NCBI GenBank assembly: GCA_002269645.1
Contig: NIVC01000912.1
Location: 92,623-156,622 of the forward strand
DNA length: 64,000 bases
Source of the DNA: Macrostomum lignano
Taxonomy: Eukaryota
Direction of reading: 5' to 3'
The position numbers and the translations under genes were made by a program. The notes beneath the pieces are model-generated. The model was not told where the DNA came from, ran no database searches, and worked only from the letters and a program-made list of their open reading frames with translations. The first letter of the stretch is position 1. Each line of letters starts with the position of its first letter. This document shows positions 44,901 to 56,900 of this stretch, piece by piece.

Positions 44901-47900
44901 GTAGAACACTTAGCTGTCCGAGTAGAACACTTAGCTGTCCGAGTAGAACACAGCTGTCCGAGTAGAACACTTAGCTGTCCGAGTAGAACACTTAGATGTC
45001 CGAGTAGACTATGGGTCTGTCCTAGTAGAATATGAGTCTGTCCGAGTAGAACACTTAGCTGTCCGAGTAGAACACTTTGATGTCCGAGTAGACTAGGGTC
45101 TTTCCAAGTAAAATATGGATCTGTCTGAGTAGACTATGGGTCTTTCCGAGTAGAATATGGGTCTTTCCGAGTAGAATATGGGGCTGTCCGAGTAGAATAT
45201 GGGGCTGTCCGAGTAAAACACTTAGCTGTCCGAGTAGACTATGGGTCTGTCTTAGTAGAATATGGGTCTGTTCGAGCAGAATACTTAACTGTCCGAGTAG
45301 AACACTTAGCTGTCCGAGTAGACTATGGGTCTGTCCTAGTAGAATATGGGTCTGTCCTAGTAGAATATGGGTCTTTCCGAGTAGAATATGGGTCTACCCG
45401 AGTAGAACACACTGTCCGAGTAGACTATGGGTATGTCCGAGTAGAACACTCTGTGTCCGAGTAGACTATGAGTCTGTCCGGGTAGAACACTGGTGTCCGA
45501 GTAGACTATGAGGCTGTCCGGGTAGAACACTAGGGTGTCCGAGTAGAAGGCTAGGGTGTCCGGGTAGAAGGCTAGGGTGTCCGGGTAGAAGGCTAGGGTG
45601 TCCGAGTAGAAGGCTAGGGTGTCCGAGTAGAAGGCTAGGGTGTCCGGGTAGAATACCCTGTCTGATTGTGCTTTCCGACCAGAACCGGCCAAAATTTGCC
45701 TCAAAGACTTATATCGATTGTTTCACAAATCACAAAGTTCGAACTCGCCCACCCCCTGGCAGGCCAGAGCTGCGCAGACTTCGCCGCCGGACAAGCAGCC
45801 TGCGCCAGCCTTCTCGCTGACGCTCGACCGGCGAAAAGTGTCGTTAGGACGGCGACACCCACGGTAGCTGCCGTTGCCGCCGCTGCGGGGTCCACTGCCA
45901 GTAAGTGACCGACTGGGAAATCTCGCTGTTGATTGATTTTCTTTTAACCTACTTATAGTAAAAATGCAAGCATTTTTTCAACCATACAATACTCTCCAAT
46001 ATTGCAGAGCCGCAGACAAGCAGCGACTACGAAGAGGATGAATCAAAGTCGGACTACGCGATTCCGACGGTAAGCGGAAAGTTCCACAGGTGCACTTTTG
46101 GGGCATCCGTGATGTCTGAGATCAACTAGTGTCAATTTTTAAGTGATCTTGTTACCGAAAAAACTAGAACATGGCGGTGTCCGAGTAGAGCACTCAGGTG
46201 TCCGAGTAGAACACTAGGGTGTCCGAGTAGAACACTAGGGTGTCCGAGTAGAACACTAGGGTGTCCGAGTAGAACACTAGGGTGTCCGAGTAGAACACTA
46301 GGGTGTCCGAGTAGAACACTAGGGTGTCCGAGTAGAACACTAGGGTGTCCGAGTAGAACACTAGGGTGTCCGAGTAGAACACTAGGGTGTCCGAGTAGAA
46401 CACTAGGGTGTCCGGGTAGAACATTCGGGTGTCGGTGTCCGAGTAGAGCACTCGAGTGTCCGAGTAGAACACTATGGTGTCCGGGAAGACTACAAGTATT
46501 CGGGTATACCACGGGGGGATCCGACTAAAGGTTGGATGTCCGATTAGGACACTAACGGTATCCGAGAAGAAGATGGGACTGTCCGGCCAGAATTAGAACC
46601 CCTCCAGCCCTGGCTCTCCCAGCGCGATTCCGGTCTCAAAGAACCGGCCGCCAGCCGCACCCAAACCCAGCCGGCTTCGCTGACTCCCCCGCCACCGACA
46701 CCACCGCCGCTTGATGACGATGAGGATGTGGTGTCGGCCATCAGCGAAGCGGCGGACAGCGTGGCGAGCCTTCAGGACCTGCTGGAGCCGAACTCGTCAC
46801 CAGCTTTAGACGCAGCTGGCGCTGTCCGAGACAACGCCGCGGCGGAGTTCGAGTCGGAGGTGTCCGAACTCGAGGATGCCAACGAATATGAGGCTGAGGC
46901 TGAGCAGGTTGGGGTGGCCTTCGAGTCTTTAGTCGTCACCTCTAGTTGTGGTTTTCCTTGTCGTCGTTGATCACAAAAAGTCACCTCAGTGGCATTCACT
47001 TTTTTATTAGATCGCTCACCAAATTTTTTTGTCTTTTTTCCTTTTTCACTACCGCACAGCTGGACAGCGCCCGCTCCGACCGGTCGTTGGGCGGCGGCGG
47101 CGGCGGCGGCGGCCGTCGTTCAATCAGCCTGAACGACTTTCACGCCGGCGGCAAGGTCGACGTGTTTGATCCTGGTGTGTAAACCATTTAAACAGTTTTT
47201 TGCTGAGTTTTGAAAGGTCTTTGTACCTGGTAGCTCTTTAAGTTTTCGGCCTCAGGAACTGCGAGACTACTCAGGTATCCTACTCAGGGCATCCTACTCA
47301 GGTATCCTACTCAGGGTAATCTACTCGGGGTATCCTACTCAGGGTATTCTACTCAGGGTATCCTACTCAGGGCTTCCTACTCAGGGTATCCTACTCAGGG
47401 TATCCTACTCAGGGTATCCTACTCAGGGTATCCTACTCAGGGTATCCTACTCAGGGTATCCTACTCAGGGTATCCTACTCAGGGTATCCTACTCAGGTAT
47501 CCTACTCAGGGTATTCTATTCAGGGTATCCTACTCAGGTATCCTACTCAGGGCATCCTACTCAGGTATCCTACTCAGGGTATTCTATTCAGGGTATCCTA
47601 CTCAGGTATCCTACTCAGGGTATTCTATTCAGGGTATCCTACTCAGGGTATCCTACTCAGGGCATCCTACTCAGGGTATCCTACTCAGGGTATCCTACTC
47701 AGGGTATTCTATTCAGGGTATCCTACTCAGGGTATTCTATTCAGGGCATCCTACTCAGGTATCCTACTCAGGGTATCCTACTCAGGGTATTCTATTCAGG
47801 GTATCCTACTCAGGGCATCCTACTCAGGGTATTCTATTCAGGGTATCCTACTCAGGGCATCCTACTCAGGGTATTCTATTCAGGGTATCCTACTCAGGGC

Positions 47901-50900
47901 ATCCTACTCAGGGTATTCTATTCAGGGTATCCTACTCAGGGCATCCTACTCAGGGTATTCTATTCAGGGTATCCTACTCAGGGTATCCTACTCAGGGCAT
48001 CCTACTCAGGGTATCCTACTCAGGGTATTCTATTCAGGGTATCCTACTCAGGGTAATCTACTCAGGGTATCCTACTCAGGGCATCCTACTCAGGTATCCT
48101 ACTCAGGGTATTCTATTCAGGGTATCCTACTCAGGTATCCTACTCAGGGCATCCTACTCAGGTATCCTACTCAGGGCATCCTACTCAGGGCATCCTACTC
48201 AGGTATCCTACTCAGGGCATCCTACTCAGGGTATTCTATTCAGGGTATCCTACTCAGGTATCCTACTCAGGGCATCCTACTCAGGTATCCTACTCAGGGC
48301 ATCCTACTCAGGGCATCCTACTCAGGGTATCCTACTCAGGGTATCCTACTCAGGGTATCCTACTCAGGGTATCCTACTCAGGGTATCCTACTCAGGGTAT
48401 CCTACTCAGGGTATCCTACTCAGGGTATCCTACTCAGGGTATCCTACTCAGGGTATCCTACTCAGGGTATCCTACTCAGGGTATCCTACTCAGGGTATCC
48501 TACTCAGGGTATTTACTCAGGGTATCCTACTCAGGGTATCCTACTCAGGGTATCCTACTCAGGGTATCCTACTCAGGGTATCCTACTCAGGGTATCCTAC
48601 TCAGGGTATCCTACTCAGGGTATCCTACTCAGGGTATCCTACTCTACTCGCCCTTGTCAATCAAGCATACTCCCCTAAATCGCCACCCGTCTCCATCATT
48701 GCTGCCGCAGAGACTCAGCAGACGAGGTCCCTGAAGGTGCCGATCGTCCGCGACAGCCGCCGCCGCTCCCGCTCCCCTTCCCCGGCCGTGTCCGCCTCAC
48801 TGGACAGCGGCAGCGAGGACGACCTCGGGCCAGAGGCGGCCAGAATCAGGCTGAGCGGACAGGTGCATCTCGGAGCCGGGACTCCCGTCATCTAATTTGT
48901 GCTCCTGTTTTTGGGATCAGTCAGAGTGGGATCAGTCAGAGTGGGATCAGTCAGAGTGGGATCAGTCAGAGTGGGATCAGTCAGAGTGGGATCAGTCAGA
49001 GTGGGATCAGTCAGAGTGGGATCAGTCAGAGTGGGATCAGTCAGAGTGGGATCAGTCAGAGTGGGATCAGTCAGAGTGGGATCAGTCAGAGTGGGATCAG
49101 TCAGAGTGGGATCAGTCAGAGTGGGATCTGTCAGATTATTGGGATCACAAATCACAAATTATGAACCAGTGACTACACTGAATTTTTTATTCAACACTTT
49201 TCATTTCTATTCACAAAACATTGAATTGGCAAATTTTCGGTTACAAACGTTCCTCACTTTCATGAGCGGGGGGGGGATTTCTTCCCAACAGCGCTCCGAA
49301 TCCGCCCGAGCGTCCCTGGCCGTCGTGCCCGAGACGGCAGCGAACCGAGCTGCCACCAGCAAGTCGAACAATCGCAAGAAGCCGGACGCTCCGGACAATG
49401 ACGACGATGACGACGACTGGAGCGAGTCCATCAGCGTTGACAAGGAGCCCTCCCCAAGGATCAACCTCAAGCAGGCCATGGAACAGCGGAAGAGGCAGGC
49501 GGTGTTCCTGGACGATCAGGACGACGACACCGTTGCTTCGGACTTTCCGGCGACAACACCGCGGTCTGGGGGGAAGGCGACGCCAAGGGACAAGGTACGA
49601 CAGCTCTATGACCGTCTATCATCTATGACGAATCTATCATCTATGACCAATCTATTATCTATGCACAAGCTATCATCTATGACCAATCTATTATCTATGA
49701 ACAATCTATTATCTATGACCAATCTATTATCTATGACCAATCTATTATCTATGCACAAGCTATCATCTATGACCAATCTATTATCTATGAACAATCTATT
49801 ATCTATGACCAATCTATTATCTATGATTAATGGCCAATCTATCATCTATGAACAAGCTATCATCTATGACCAAGCTATCATCTATGACCAATCTATCATC
49901 TATGATTAATCAATTATCTATGACTAATCTATTATCTATGACCAATCTATCATCTATGACCAAGCTATTATCTATGACCAATCTATCATCTATGACCAAG
50001 CTATTATCTATGACCAATCTATCATCTATGACCAATCTATCATCTATGACCAAGCTATTATCTATGACCAAGCTATCATCTATGACCAAGCTATTATCTA
50101 TGACCAATCTATCATCTATGACCAATCTATCATCTATGACTAATCTATTATCTATGACCAATCTATCATCCATGACCAATCTATTATCTATGACCAATCC
50201 ATCGTCTATGACCAATCTATCATCTATGACCAATCCATCATCTATGACCAATCTATCATCTATGACCAATCTATCATCTATGACTAATCTATTATCTATG
50301 ACCAATCCATCGTCTATGACCAATCCATCATCTATGACCAATCCATCGTCTATGACCAATCTATCATCCATGACCAATCTATTATCTATGACCAATCCAT
50401 CGTCTATGACCAATCCATCATCTATGACCAATCCATCGTCTATGACCAATCCATCATCTATGACCAATCTATCATCTATGACCAATCTATCATCTATGAC
50501 CAATCCATCATCTATGACCAATCTATCATCTATAACCAATCCATCATCTATGACCAATCTATCATCTATGACCAATCCAGTATCTATGACCAATCTATCA
50601 TCTATGACCAATCTATTGTCTATGACCAATCTATCATCTATGACCAATCTATCATCTATGATTAATCAATCATCTATGACCAATCTATTGTCTATGACCA
50701 ATCTATCATCTATGACCAATCTATCATCTATGATTAATCAATTATCTATGACCAATCTATCATCTATGACCAATCCATCATCTATGACCAATCTATCATC
50801 TATGACCAATCCATCATCTATGACCAATCTATTATCTATGACCAATCCATCATCTATGACCAATCTATTGTCTATGACCAATCTATCATCTATGACCAAT

Positions 50901-53900
50901 CCATAATCCATGACCAATCTATTATCAATGACTAATCCATTTTTTATGACCAATCTATCATCTATGACCGATTCATTCGCCATGACCAATCCTTTTCTGT
51001 GACCAATAGGTTATCTATATTCAAACCATATGCTAGGACCAATCCATCATTATGACGAATCCACGATTATAACTAATCGTAATTTTCAGCAGAAGCCGGT
51101 GTTCCAACGCCAAGAGTCGGACTGGGACGCATCCGAAATCTCAGAGGTCGTCCCCGAGCCAACAGCAGCCAACTCGGTAAATTAGGTCGAATTCATTTGC
51201 TTCTTTGTTGCCATGGCAACTGCATTCTATAAGAATCTTATTTAGAGCACTTCCTGTGTATTTGCTTAACCATCGTTGCCATGACAACGACTTTATTCTT
51301 TATAAAATGCCTACTTTGAATTCCAGGGCCCCGCCAAGGACGACGATGAGGCGGAGTCGGACTGGGACGACTCTGTCGCTGCTCCTGTCGCCGCCGAGTC
51401 GGCATCGAAGGCCAAGCAGGTCCAGGGCGGCGAGGGCGCCGATTCCGACTCGGACTGGGACGGCTCGGAGGCCGCCACCACGGCGAGGAGCAAGCCGAAA
51501 GACAGCGCCAGAGAGGAGGTAGGCAGCGCTCAATCATGGGATTTATGATTTGGGATTTGGGATGTGGGATGTGGGATGTGAGATGTAAGATCTGGGATGA
51601 GGAATCTTGGATCTAGGATGTGGGATCTGTGATGTGATCTGGGGTGTGGGATCTGGGGTGTGGGATCTGGGGTGTGGGATCTGGGGTGCGGGATCTGGGG
51701 TGTGGGATCTGGGGCGTGGGATCTGGGGTGTGGGATCTGGGGTGTTGGATCTGTGGTCTGAGTGATTTGCAGTCCGTGTTGTCCTGGTTCAAATACGCTC
51801 GAATTTATTAAAAAACTCTTTCCCCAGCCCGTCAGCGACTGGGACACCTCAACGGAGGCCGGAGACTCGGTCGTGTCTCCAAGGCGACCCCCGCCGCCGC
51901 CGCCGCCGCCACAGCAGCATCAGGAGCAGCTGGGTCGCAGGTTGAGCAAAACTGACAAAGACGGCCTGCAGCCGATCGCGGAAGAATCCACGCCAGTGAG
52001 CTCATGGCCCTCTGAAATTTGGGAGCCGTTCTTGCGCGCAAGAAAATTCCTTTTTTACAATTTTTTCAGGCAAGCCAACGAAAGTTCGCTAAGGGACGAA
52101 CGCAGTCTGAAACCGAGTCTGACTGGGACGATGAGGCGGTGCGTTACAAGAATTTCACTGAACCAGGAATTCGGGGAGCGGGATGTCTGATCCGGGATTC
52201 GGGATCTAGTATCTGGGATCTAGGATCTGGAATCTGGGACCCAGGATCTGGGAACTGGGATCTGGGATCTAGAATCCGGGATTCGGGATCTGGGAACTGG
52301 GATCTAGAATCCGGGATTTGGGATCTAGGAACTGGGATATTGAATCCGGGATTTGGGATTTGGGAACTGGGATATAGAATCCAGGATTCGGGATGTGGGA
52401 ACTAGGATCTAGGATCTAGAATCCGGGATTCGGGATGTGGGAACTAGGATCTGGAATCTAGAATCCGGGATTCAAGATCTGGAAACTGGGATCTATATTC
52501 CGGGATTTGGGATCTGGGAACTGGGATATAGAATCCAGGATTCGGGATCTGGGAACTGGGATCTAGGATCTAGAATCCGGGATTCAGGATCTGGGAGCTG
52601 GGATCTAGAATCCGGGATTCTGAATCTGATTCTGAGGATCCCGAGACCTGACTAAGCGAGATTTATCGAGTATTATGGTTTGTTTACCAATTCCAGAAGC
52701 ATCCATCTGGAGCAGACAATGTCGGAGACGACTTGTGAGTTTTTTTGCCATATTTTAATAACGACAAACTACCCAGTAGTCAGTAATTAGAATTTCATGA
52801 TTTATAACTGACCCAAAATTTATAAATTTCAGTTTCGATTCCCAAAGAAAAGAGGGCGCAGACACGGTGATCGCGGCCATGCTGCAGGAGAACCAGCTGT
52901 CCGAAACGTGAGCTGCTGTTGTAGACCTTTACGAGCTCTGACCCGCTCCAGTGTGCTTTTACTTTTAATCGACATTTTAAAAAACTATAGTTAACACTTT
53001 CTCGATACTCTACTAACAGTAACAATAGGAGAATAGTTTATGTATAAATGTTTTTATAAGTAACGTTTCTTCGATACTCTACTAATAGTAGAAATATAAG
53101 GAAAATATTTTTTACAAGTTAATAAACAAGGTTGTACTGAAGTACGATGCGGCGGCACTGCACTTTTATGACCACCCCTCAAAACTGCTGACCTTCCAGA
53201 CCGCCACCAGTCGCCGCAGTTGCCGCCGCCAAAACCGGCAACTCCTCGCTGTCCGACGATGACGACGAAGACGGCTCGTTGCCGCCGGTGCCGATGGAGG
53301 TCGCCCGCTTGCAGGCGCAGCTCGACGACTTCTCCAGGCAGCTGGCCGCCAGCCGCGCCGACTGCTCGCGCTCTGAAGCTGAGCGCCAGCGCCTCGCCGA
53401 GGAGCTCGCGGAGTTGGCGCGGCGACTCAGCGACGCCGAGGAGAACCTCCAGTCCGAGGCTGACCGACGCGCCGCCCTGGCTGAGAAGCTCGACGAGCAG
53501 CGGGAAGCCGCCAGAGCGGAGGCGCGAGCCCGCGAGGACGCCCGGGCCGAGGCGGAGGCGCTGCACACCGAGCGGGACTCGGCGCTCGCCAGACTGCGCG
53601 CCGCCGAGGCTGATCTGGCGCAGGCGCGCGATGCCTTGGAGACCGAGCGGCAGGCGGTGGCGGCGGCGGCGGCAGCGGCGACGGAGCGGCGCAGCACAGC
53701 TGACAGAGTCGAAGACGACGCCGACACCGAAGGATTGACGGCCGAGGTCGAGGCGAGTCGCCGTCGCGCCGACGTTGCCGAGCGCGAGGCCGCAGACCTC
53801 CGAGCCGAAGTGGAAACCCTGCGCGGCCGGATGCGCGCACAGGAGACGCGCTGGTTGGACGAGCGCGCCCAGCTGGAGGGCCAGGCGGCCGAGGCGGAGG

Positions 53901-56900
53901 CGGCGTCCCGGGAGGCGCTGGCGAAGATGGCGCTCAGCCTGGAGGCAGCGCGGGCCGATGCGTTGGAGCAGCGCCAGCGCGCGGAAGCGGAGCGCGCGGA
54001 GGCCGGGCAGCTGCAAGCGCGCCTGGCCGCGCTGACCGAGTCTGCCGGACAGGGGGACAAGCAGGCGGCCGATCTGGCCGGCCAGCTGCACCAGGCCAAG
54101 GAGGCGGCCGTGCGCTTGGAGGAGCAGCTGGCGGCGGAGCGGGCAAAGTCGGCAGCCAGTCAGGTTAGTGGCTTTCGGTACATTGGAGCTCGCCAGAGAA
54201 TGTACATTGGCGCTCGCCAGAGAATGTACATTGGGGCTCGCCAGAGAATGTACATTGTGGCTCGCCAGAGAATGTACATTGGGGCTCGCTAGAGAATGTA
54301 CATTGGGGCTCGCCAGAGAATGTACATTGGGGCTCGCCAGAGAATGTACATTGGGCTCGCCAGAGAATGTACATTGGCGCTCGCCAGAGAATGTACATTG
54401 GGGCTCGCCAGAGAATGTACATTGGGGCTCGCCAGAGAATGTACATTGGGGCTCGCTAGAGAATGTACATTGGGGCTCGCCAGAGAATGTACATTGGGAC
54501 TCGACAGAAAGTGTACATTGTTCTGTACGAGCGTATTGTTTAAATTCGCAACTCTCACACCACCGCACTTTGTTAATAGTAAAAAAGGCCCGAAAGCTGT
54601 TTAAATCGATGCCATAATTTTTGAAAAAGTTTTTGTTACAAAAGATTTAAATGCAGAAAATGCCAGCCAATGAGAGATGCGCTAAGTTACTAGTTGGTGT
54701 GTTTAGGGTCTACTTGGGTCTCCCTACTGGCTCCTGAGCACACACAAGCACGCCAATACTGTACACAGGTGCGCACTCATACACACGCTCACACAGGGTG
54801 CACAGCGGTCCTGACTTTCTGATTTGTCAGGCATGTACACTCTCTGTGATTTTGGGGTTGGCTCTCATGGCACACGAGACCCTAATGAATGTGGCCGAGC
54901 GCGGAATCGAACCTGGGGTCACCCCAACTGCCCCCCCCCCAGGAGGAGCTCCATCGCGCCCTGGACGCCGCCAAGGAGGCCAGCGCTGAGTCGCGTCGGT
55001 TCCGCTCTGAGCTGGCGGCCAGCCAGGCCGAATTGCGCGAAGCCCGCGCGGAGACGCGCAAATTGCGCGAGACCGAAGCTGCGCTGGCCTCGGCCGAGGG
55101 CCGGCTGGCCGGGGCCGAACAGGCCAACGCGGATTTGCGCGACCAGCTGCAGAGGCTGGCGGCAGCGGCCAGCAAGGGAGACGAGAAGGAGAGCCAGCTG
55201 CAGCAGCGCCTGTGCGACATTCTCAACGGATACAGGGACGACTTTGACAAGGTAGGGGGATCTCAGGTGTGGGATCTTAAGGTATGGGAGAAAAGAATTC
55301 AATCTAGGATCTGGGATCTAGGATCTGGGATCTAGGATCTGGGATCTAGGATCTGGGATCTAGGATCTGGGATCTAGGATCTGGGATCTAGGATCTGGGA
55401 TCTAGGATCTGGGATCTAGGATCTGGGATCTAGGATCTGGGATCTAGGATCTGGGATCTAGGATCTGGGATCTAGGATCTGGGATCTAGGATCTGGGATC
55501 TAGGATCTGGGATCTAGGATCTGGGATCTAGGATCTGGGATCTAGGATCTGGGATCTAGGATCTGGGATCTAGGATCTGGGATCTAGGATCTGGGATCTA
55601 GGATCTGGGATCTAGGATCTGGGATCTAGGATCTGGGATCTAGGATCTGGGATCTAGGATCTGGGATCTAGGATCTGGGATCTAGGATCTGGGATCTAGG
55701 ATCTGGGATCTAGGATCTGGGATCTAGGATCTGGGATCTAGGATCTGGGATCTAGGATCTGGGATCTAGGATCTGGGATCTAGGATCTGGGATCTAGGAT
55801 CTGGGATCTAGGATCTGGGATCTAGGATCTGGGATCTAGGATCTGGGATCTAGGATCTGGGATCTAGGATCTGGGATCTAGGATCTGGGATCTAGGATCT
55901 GGGATCTAGGATCTGGGATCTAGGATCTGGGATCTAGGATCTGGGATCTAGGATCTGGGATCTAGGATCTGGGATCTAGTCGGACTAGAATGATCAAAGC
56001 CTTAGCTTACTCCCTCAATTGCCGTAAGACCCGCACCAGCCTGGAGCGCAACCAGGGCTGTCTGGCGGGCGAGCTCGCCCAGACCCGTAGCGACCTTCGG
56101 GCTAGCGAGCAGCGCAGCGAGAAACAGCAAGCGGAGCTGCTCAGCCTGCGTCACGAGCAGGCCGGACTGATGCGCAAGCTCAGCCAGGCTGAGGCAGACC
56201 TGGCCTGCGCTAAAGAGGTTCTCGTTTAGTCTTTAGATTGCTGTCTCACCTCGAAGCACTGCACTGTTTGAATTGGCTGCTCGTTTTTCCATTGAGCGTT
56301 GAAGTTTTTGAGCACCAACATGAGCTGCACCTTTGCTAAGCCTAAAGCGAAAGTTTTTTGTCTTAATGGTGTGTCCTGGTCACTGCTAGAAGTAGCTGGA
56401 CAGAACATATGTTTTAGCAGCTGCTTTAATGCTTGTGCTGTTAAAGTGTCTGTCCTAGTGTGTCTTAGTGTGCGTCTTATAGTGTGTCCTTAATGTTCTG
56501 TTCATGTCCCACATGACCTACGGTTCAACCAAAACTGTTATAGTGTGTTTTAGTGCTTGGGGTGGGGGTTTAGTGGTTTAAATAGCCAGAATGTACATTG
56601 GGGCTCGCCAGAGAATGTACATTGGGGCTCGCCAGAGAATGTACATTGGGGCTCGCCAGAGAATGTACATTGGGGCTCGCCAGAGAATGTACATTGGCGC
56701 TCGCTAGAGAATGCACATTGGGGCTCGCCAGAGAATGTACATTGGGGCTCGCCAGAGAATGTACATTGGCGCTCGCCAGAGAATGTACATTGGGGCTCGC
56801 CAGAGAATGTACATTGGCGCTCGCCAGAGAATGTACATTGGGGCTCGCCAGAGAATGTACATTCGCGCTCGCCAGAGAATGTACATTGGCGCTCGCCAGA

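Noticed and set aside
49830-50906. 358-aa (MTNLSS)n ORF and similar repeat ORFs (QTDR, MNLTP, SVSHSVSQCHT, ARQRMYIG, PFTVYST, VPVQVLG, GSVRV)
   Set aside because: These are translations of intronic minisatellites whose unit lacks a stop in one frame; flanking exons splice around them in phase.
53054-54568. Long minus-strand ORFs (504 aa, 306 aa) and alternative-frame ORFs over ANKRD26 exon 15
   Set aside because: Antisense shadows of a GC3-rich coiled-coil exon, extended by the 24-bp array.
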